From the IMG/VR virus record IMGVR_UViG_3300020042_012166, positions 1 through 27,970 of that record: a stretch of 27,970 bases of DNA, one strand, 5' to 3'. The notes under the pieces were generated by a model. It ran no database searches. It was not told the DNA's origin and saw only the letters and a program-made list of their open reading frames with translations. This document shows positions 25,410-27,970 of the stretch, in pieces. Origin of the DNA: a virus (taxonomy: Duplodnaviria > Caudoviricetes). The first letter of the stretch is position 1; every line of letters begins with the position of its first letter. A program made the position numbers and the translations under genes.

Positions 25410-25438
25410 ATTATAGGCCATCCTGTTATTTAAATCAA
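25410..25438 (-). promoter_or_regulatory. Early promoter TTGATT-N17-TATAAT driving the ncRNA candidate
   Basis: -10 at 25410-25415, -35 at 25433-25438. Confidence 0.75.
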
Positions 25439-25849
25439 CCCTTTTTTCATCACGTTGAAGTAGTAACAGGTTGCGTTACCCTTAGTAACACCCAAGGCCA
25501 CCATGATAGCCTCAACACATCCGACCTTATTCTCCACCCCTACCTTCGCCATGCATTCGGCAGCTACGGCGGTCTTGGAGCCTTTCTTAGGTGCAGCCAC
25601 CTTATCGGCCATGCCCTTGATGGTCACTTTGTTGAGATCCACTGGGGCAGGCATCTTAGCCACCTTACGGGACTTAGCCTTGGGTTTAGACTTGGCCAGA
25701 TCCTTGTCTGCGGCCACTTGCTTGGCCTTAGCATCAGCCAACAACTGGTGATGGGATTCGGCGTCTTCGATCAACTTGTGATACTCGGCCTCAGTCACCT
25801 TAACGTCGTTGAAGAAGTAGTTCATGGTCTGTTCCTTTTCATTGTTCAT
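25430..25849 (-). CDS. Lys/Ala-rich basic protein, possibly DNA-binding
   Basis: Basic low-complexity middle and helical C-terminal domain; alternative start MNYFF at 25825. Confidence 0.75.
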   Translation of the reverse strand: MNNEKEQTMNYFFNDVKVTEAEYHKLIEDAESHHQLLADAKAKQVAADKDLAKSKPKAKSRKVAKMPAPVDLNKVTIKGMADKVAAPKKGSKTAVAAECMAKVGVENKVGCVEAIMVALGVTKGNATCYYFNVMKKGLI

Positions 25850-25854
25850 ACGTA

Positions 25855-25930
25855 ATTATAGTCAAAGTCCGTAATAAAGTCAACTGTTATTTTAGTAACT
25901 ATTCTTAGTTACGTTTTGCATTATAAAACG
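25855..25930 (-). promoter_or_regulatory. Early promoter cassette with both palindromic boxes
   Basis: -10 at 25855-25860, -35 TTGACT at 25878-25883, box A at 25895-25912, box B at 25913-25929. Confidence 0.85.
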
Positions 25931-26211
25931 TGCGCACGAAAGGCCACCATCACCTTGACCCGGTCGAAGATAGCCAAGATGAGAGTATCAGGTATCGTCA
26001 CCGTATCATAGTCTTCTGGATCCAAGGCACGCTTGAAGCAATCAACTGCGGTATCACTAATCATCTTACGGTATTGGGCACGGGTGCGGTTCTCCACCTC
26101 AATTTCTGGGCTATCCTCATCCATGCATTCCACCAAGTCCACAGATTCGGAGATGCAGGCATCAATCAGGCGCTGGACCTGATCACAATAGTCGTTAAAT
26201 CCAAATCTCAT
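25921..26211 (-). CDS. Hypothetical protein
   Basis: 96 aa, ATGA-coupled. Confidence 0.7.
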   Translation of the reverse strand: MRFGFNDYCDQVQRLIDACISESVDLVECMDEDSPEIEVENRTRAQYRKMISDTAVDCFKRALDPEDYDTVTIPDTLILAIFDRVKVMVAFRAHVL

Positions 26212-26378
26212 AGATTCTCCAGTTCTTTGATTTCTGCAGCCATACGTTCAACCATCACAATACCGTCCTTCAAGGGGATGCTATATTGGCATTCCAAGCT
26301 GTAGGCAATCTCAGCAGAGTCTACCCCACCTTCTATCATATCCACTATGTCTTGATACAATTCGGCCATTCTACTCAT
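26208..26378 (-). CDS. Hypothetical protein (56 aa)
   Basis: MSRMAELYQDIVDMIEGGVDSAEIAYSLECQYSIPLKDGIVMVERMAAEIKELENL*; SD AGGAG. Confidence 0.75.
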   Translation of the reverse strand: MSRMAELYQDIVDMIEGGVDSAEIAYSLECQYSIPLKDGIVMVERMAAEIKELENL

Positions 26379-26380
26379 AT

Positions 26381-26440
26381 TTTCTCCTGTTGATATCCAA
26401 TTATAGTCCAGCCCCGTAATAAAGTCAACTGTTATTTTAG
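26381..26440 (-). repeat. Early promoter/RBS cassette
   Basis: -10 at 26400-26405, -35 TTGACT at 26423-26428. Confidence 0.9.
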
Positions 26441-26590
26441 CTTACATATGGTTGAACGCACAAGCACGGTGAAGGCCCCGGCCAGGCCCGGGCGCGAGAG
26501 TGTGACCTTGCCGTCCACACTGTCCCTGACTGCGATGTATTCTCTACCGTTGTAGATAACTACAGTGCCCGCAGGCACCTCCTCAGTCAT
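26432..26590 (-). CDS. Hypothetical protein (~48-52 aa)
   Basis: MTEEVPAGTVVIYNGREYIAVRDSVDGKVTLSRPGLAGAFTVLVRSTICKLK*; fills the gap; start uncertain. Confidence 0.5.
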   Translation of the reverse strand: MTEEVPAGTVVIYNGREYIAVRDSVDGKVTLSRPGLAGAFTVLVRSTICKLK

Positions 26591-26840
26591 CTATCTGTAT
26601 AGAAGGATCCATGGCCTTCAACTGGCTAGCAACCTTCTTCAGAAAGCGTGCCCGGGCGATGACTTCTGCCATTGGCAGTTCACCGTCGCAGGAGAGGTTT
26701 TCGGGGGATAGGTCGTTGCTGAGCATGCGCGCAAGAAGTTGGCGATCTTCTACAAAGATGAGACTCAGGGGGCGGAAGCTTTTATTGAACATCTTATCCC
26801 ACGAGTTTTTCGTCTGCACGTATTTGCTCAGCTCTTTCAT
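26583..26840 (-). CDS. Conserved phage hypothetical protein
   Basis: LSPENLSCDGELP motif. Confidence 0.8.
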   Translation of the reverse strand: MKELSKYVQTKNSWDKMFNKSFRPLSLIFVEDRQLLARMLSNDLSPENLSCDGELPMAEVIARARFLKKVASQLKAMDPSIQIDD

Positions 26841-27073
26841 GCTACTTCCTTTGCGTCCATAATTTCAGCGAGGATGAACTTGGCAATGTTCATGTTCTTC
26901 CGAGACTGGTCCAGGGCCTGGGCATTGCCAAAGCCCTGCAGTTCCTGGGCATCAGACAACAAACCCATCACCACAAACTCCAAACCACAATGGCTTGCGG
27001 TCAATGATTTCATGTATTCTTGACGGATAGCGGCTTCGGACATTCCGTAGCACTTGGTTTCGAATTCTGTCAT
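26837..27073 (-). CDS. Hypothetical protein
   Basis: True start MTEFETKCYG follows the cassette SD; the track's upstream extension runs through the promoter. Confidence 0.8.
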   Translation of the reverse strand: MTEFETKCYGMSEAAIRQEYMKSLTASHCGLEFVVMGLLSDAQELQGFGNAQALDQSRKNMNIAKFILAEIMDAKEVA

Positions 27074-27077
27074 ATCG

Positions 27078-27175
27078 TTTTCTCCTGTTGATGTCTTATT
27101 ATAGTCCAGCCACGTAATAAAGTCAACTGTTATTTTGCACGTTTTACGATGCAAAATGTAACTAGTTTTAGTTAT
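27078..27175 (-). repeat. Early promoter/RBS cassette with both boxes
   Basis: -10 at 27098-27103, -35 at 27121-27126, box B at 27141-27157, box A (1 mismatch) at 27158-27175. Confidence 0.9.
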
Positions 27176-27392
27176 CGAACTCACACCCAGGGCATTCGGG
27201 ATAATGGCGTTCGAAGTCGGAGATATCCTTGGCCGTCCAACCACCCCATTCCCCATTAGAGGCGGGGGGGTAGAGGAGGCTATCGGCCATCACATGGAAG
27301 ACGTCAGCAGAGATGTCATCAGCATGACGCTCGCCCATCTCAATCAACGTGTAACGAATATCACTGAACACACAAGCAGATACGTCATTCAT
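27168..27392 (-). CDS. Hypothetical protein
   Basis: 74 aa, ATGA-coupled, ends CPGC. Confidence 0.7.
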   Translation of the reverse strand: MNDVSACVFSDIRYTLIEMGERHADDISADVFHVMADSLLYPPASNGEWGGWTAKDISDFERHYPECPGCEFDN

Positions 27393-27469
27393 AGCAGTTC
27401 TCCTTCAACAATCAAGTACACAATGCCTACGAGGGCAAAAGCAATGGTGGCCAAATCGATCATATCCAT
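27389..27469 (-). CDS. Small hydrophobic peptide (26 aa)
   Basis: MDMIDLATIAFALVGIVYLIVEGELL*; follows the cassette SD and couples to the next gene. Confidence 0.6.
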   Translation of the reverse strand: MDMIDLATIAFALVGIVYLIVEGELL

Positions 27470-27473
27470 GTTG

Positions 27474-27569
27474 TTTTCTCCTGTTGATATCCAATTATAG
27501 TCCGGCCCCGTAATAAAGTCAACCGTTATTTTAGTAACTATTCCTAGTTACCGTTTTACGATGCAAAAT
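27474..27569 (-). repeat. Early promoter/RBS cassette with both boxes
   Basis: -10 at 27494-27499, -35 at 27517-27522, box A at 27534-27551, box B at 27553-27569. Confidence 0.9.
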
Positions 27570-27970
27570 TTAGCCCTGAATCAACATGTATTCGGCCAAG
27601 GACTTCCAATTGGCAGACTTGGAATTAGCGATTTTTGCCGTCTTGATCAGCGTACGAAGGCTAACTTCCTTAGACTTCTCCTTCAGTTCATCAACCAAGG
27701 CCAAGGCCGCCTTCTTCACCGACATGGCAACCTCAGGCATAAACCCATCATCGTTCATGATAACGGCCATACGTTCGATCTTCTGGGACAGGGTCATAGA
27801 GAGATCAACACACATAGCGCGTGAACGAACGGCCTGTTCCATCTTATGAAGAGGCATGTTGGAGATGAAGATGATGCCACCTTTGAACTGGAACCAACGG
27901 GGCACATCGTCCTCGTCTTTAGAAGAGTTCCAGGAGATGATGCGTTTATCAAAGGTATCCAAAGCACCCT
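27570..27970 (-). CDS. C-terminal part of an AAA+-like ATPase (5' end outside the window)
   Basis: ALDT...FKGGIIFISN...AVRSRA (sensor-1 and Arg-finger like); frame open at the right edge. Confidence 0.7.
   Translation of the reverse strand, partial: GALDTFDKRIISWNSSKDEDDVPRWFQFKGGIIFISNMPLHKMEQAVRSRAMCVDLSMTLSQKIERMAVIMNDDGFMPEVAMSVKKAALALVDELKEKSKEVSLRTLIKTAKIANSKSANWKSLAEYMLIQG

Noticed and set aside
24848-27569. Dispersed repeats as a CRISPR array or integron attC sites
   Set aside because: Spacing is hundreds of bases and contains genes. The repeats are explained by -35/-10/SD elements. No cas or integrase gene is present.
5630-27849. Plus-strand ORFs of 60-158 aa in the ORF track
   Set aside because: They are antisense shadows of well-supported minus-strand genes and have no recognisable motifs.

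Overview
This is a 28 kb piece of a large T4-like (myovirus-type) phage genome, coded almost entirely on the minus strand. The host is probably an aquatic proteobacterium (inference). The left part holds late-type genes and a short plus-strand cassette of membrane/secreted proteins. The middle holds the replication core (gp41 helicase, UvsX, gp43 DNA polymerase), followed by an accessory block: a plcP-like phospholipase C with an agt-like GT4 glycosyltransferase, Hsp20 and a phasin-like gene behind a ROSE-like leader, dCMP deaminase and a metallophosphoesterase. The right part (~17-28 kb) is a hypervariable early region of small ORFs driven by repeated sigma70 promoter cassettes. Main findings: (1) an apparent phage-borne PlcP-Agt phospholipid-to-glycolipid remodelling pair; (2) two small ORFs missed by the ORF track that resemble the ribosome factors RMF and ArfA; (3) a ~330 nt structured non-coding RNA candidate with its own promoter; (4) two recurring palindromic operator-like boxes upstream of early promoters; (5) a paralog array with a collapsed remnant copy. 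All family assignments come from motif recognition by eye, not database searches.
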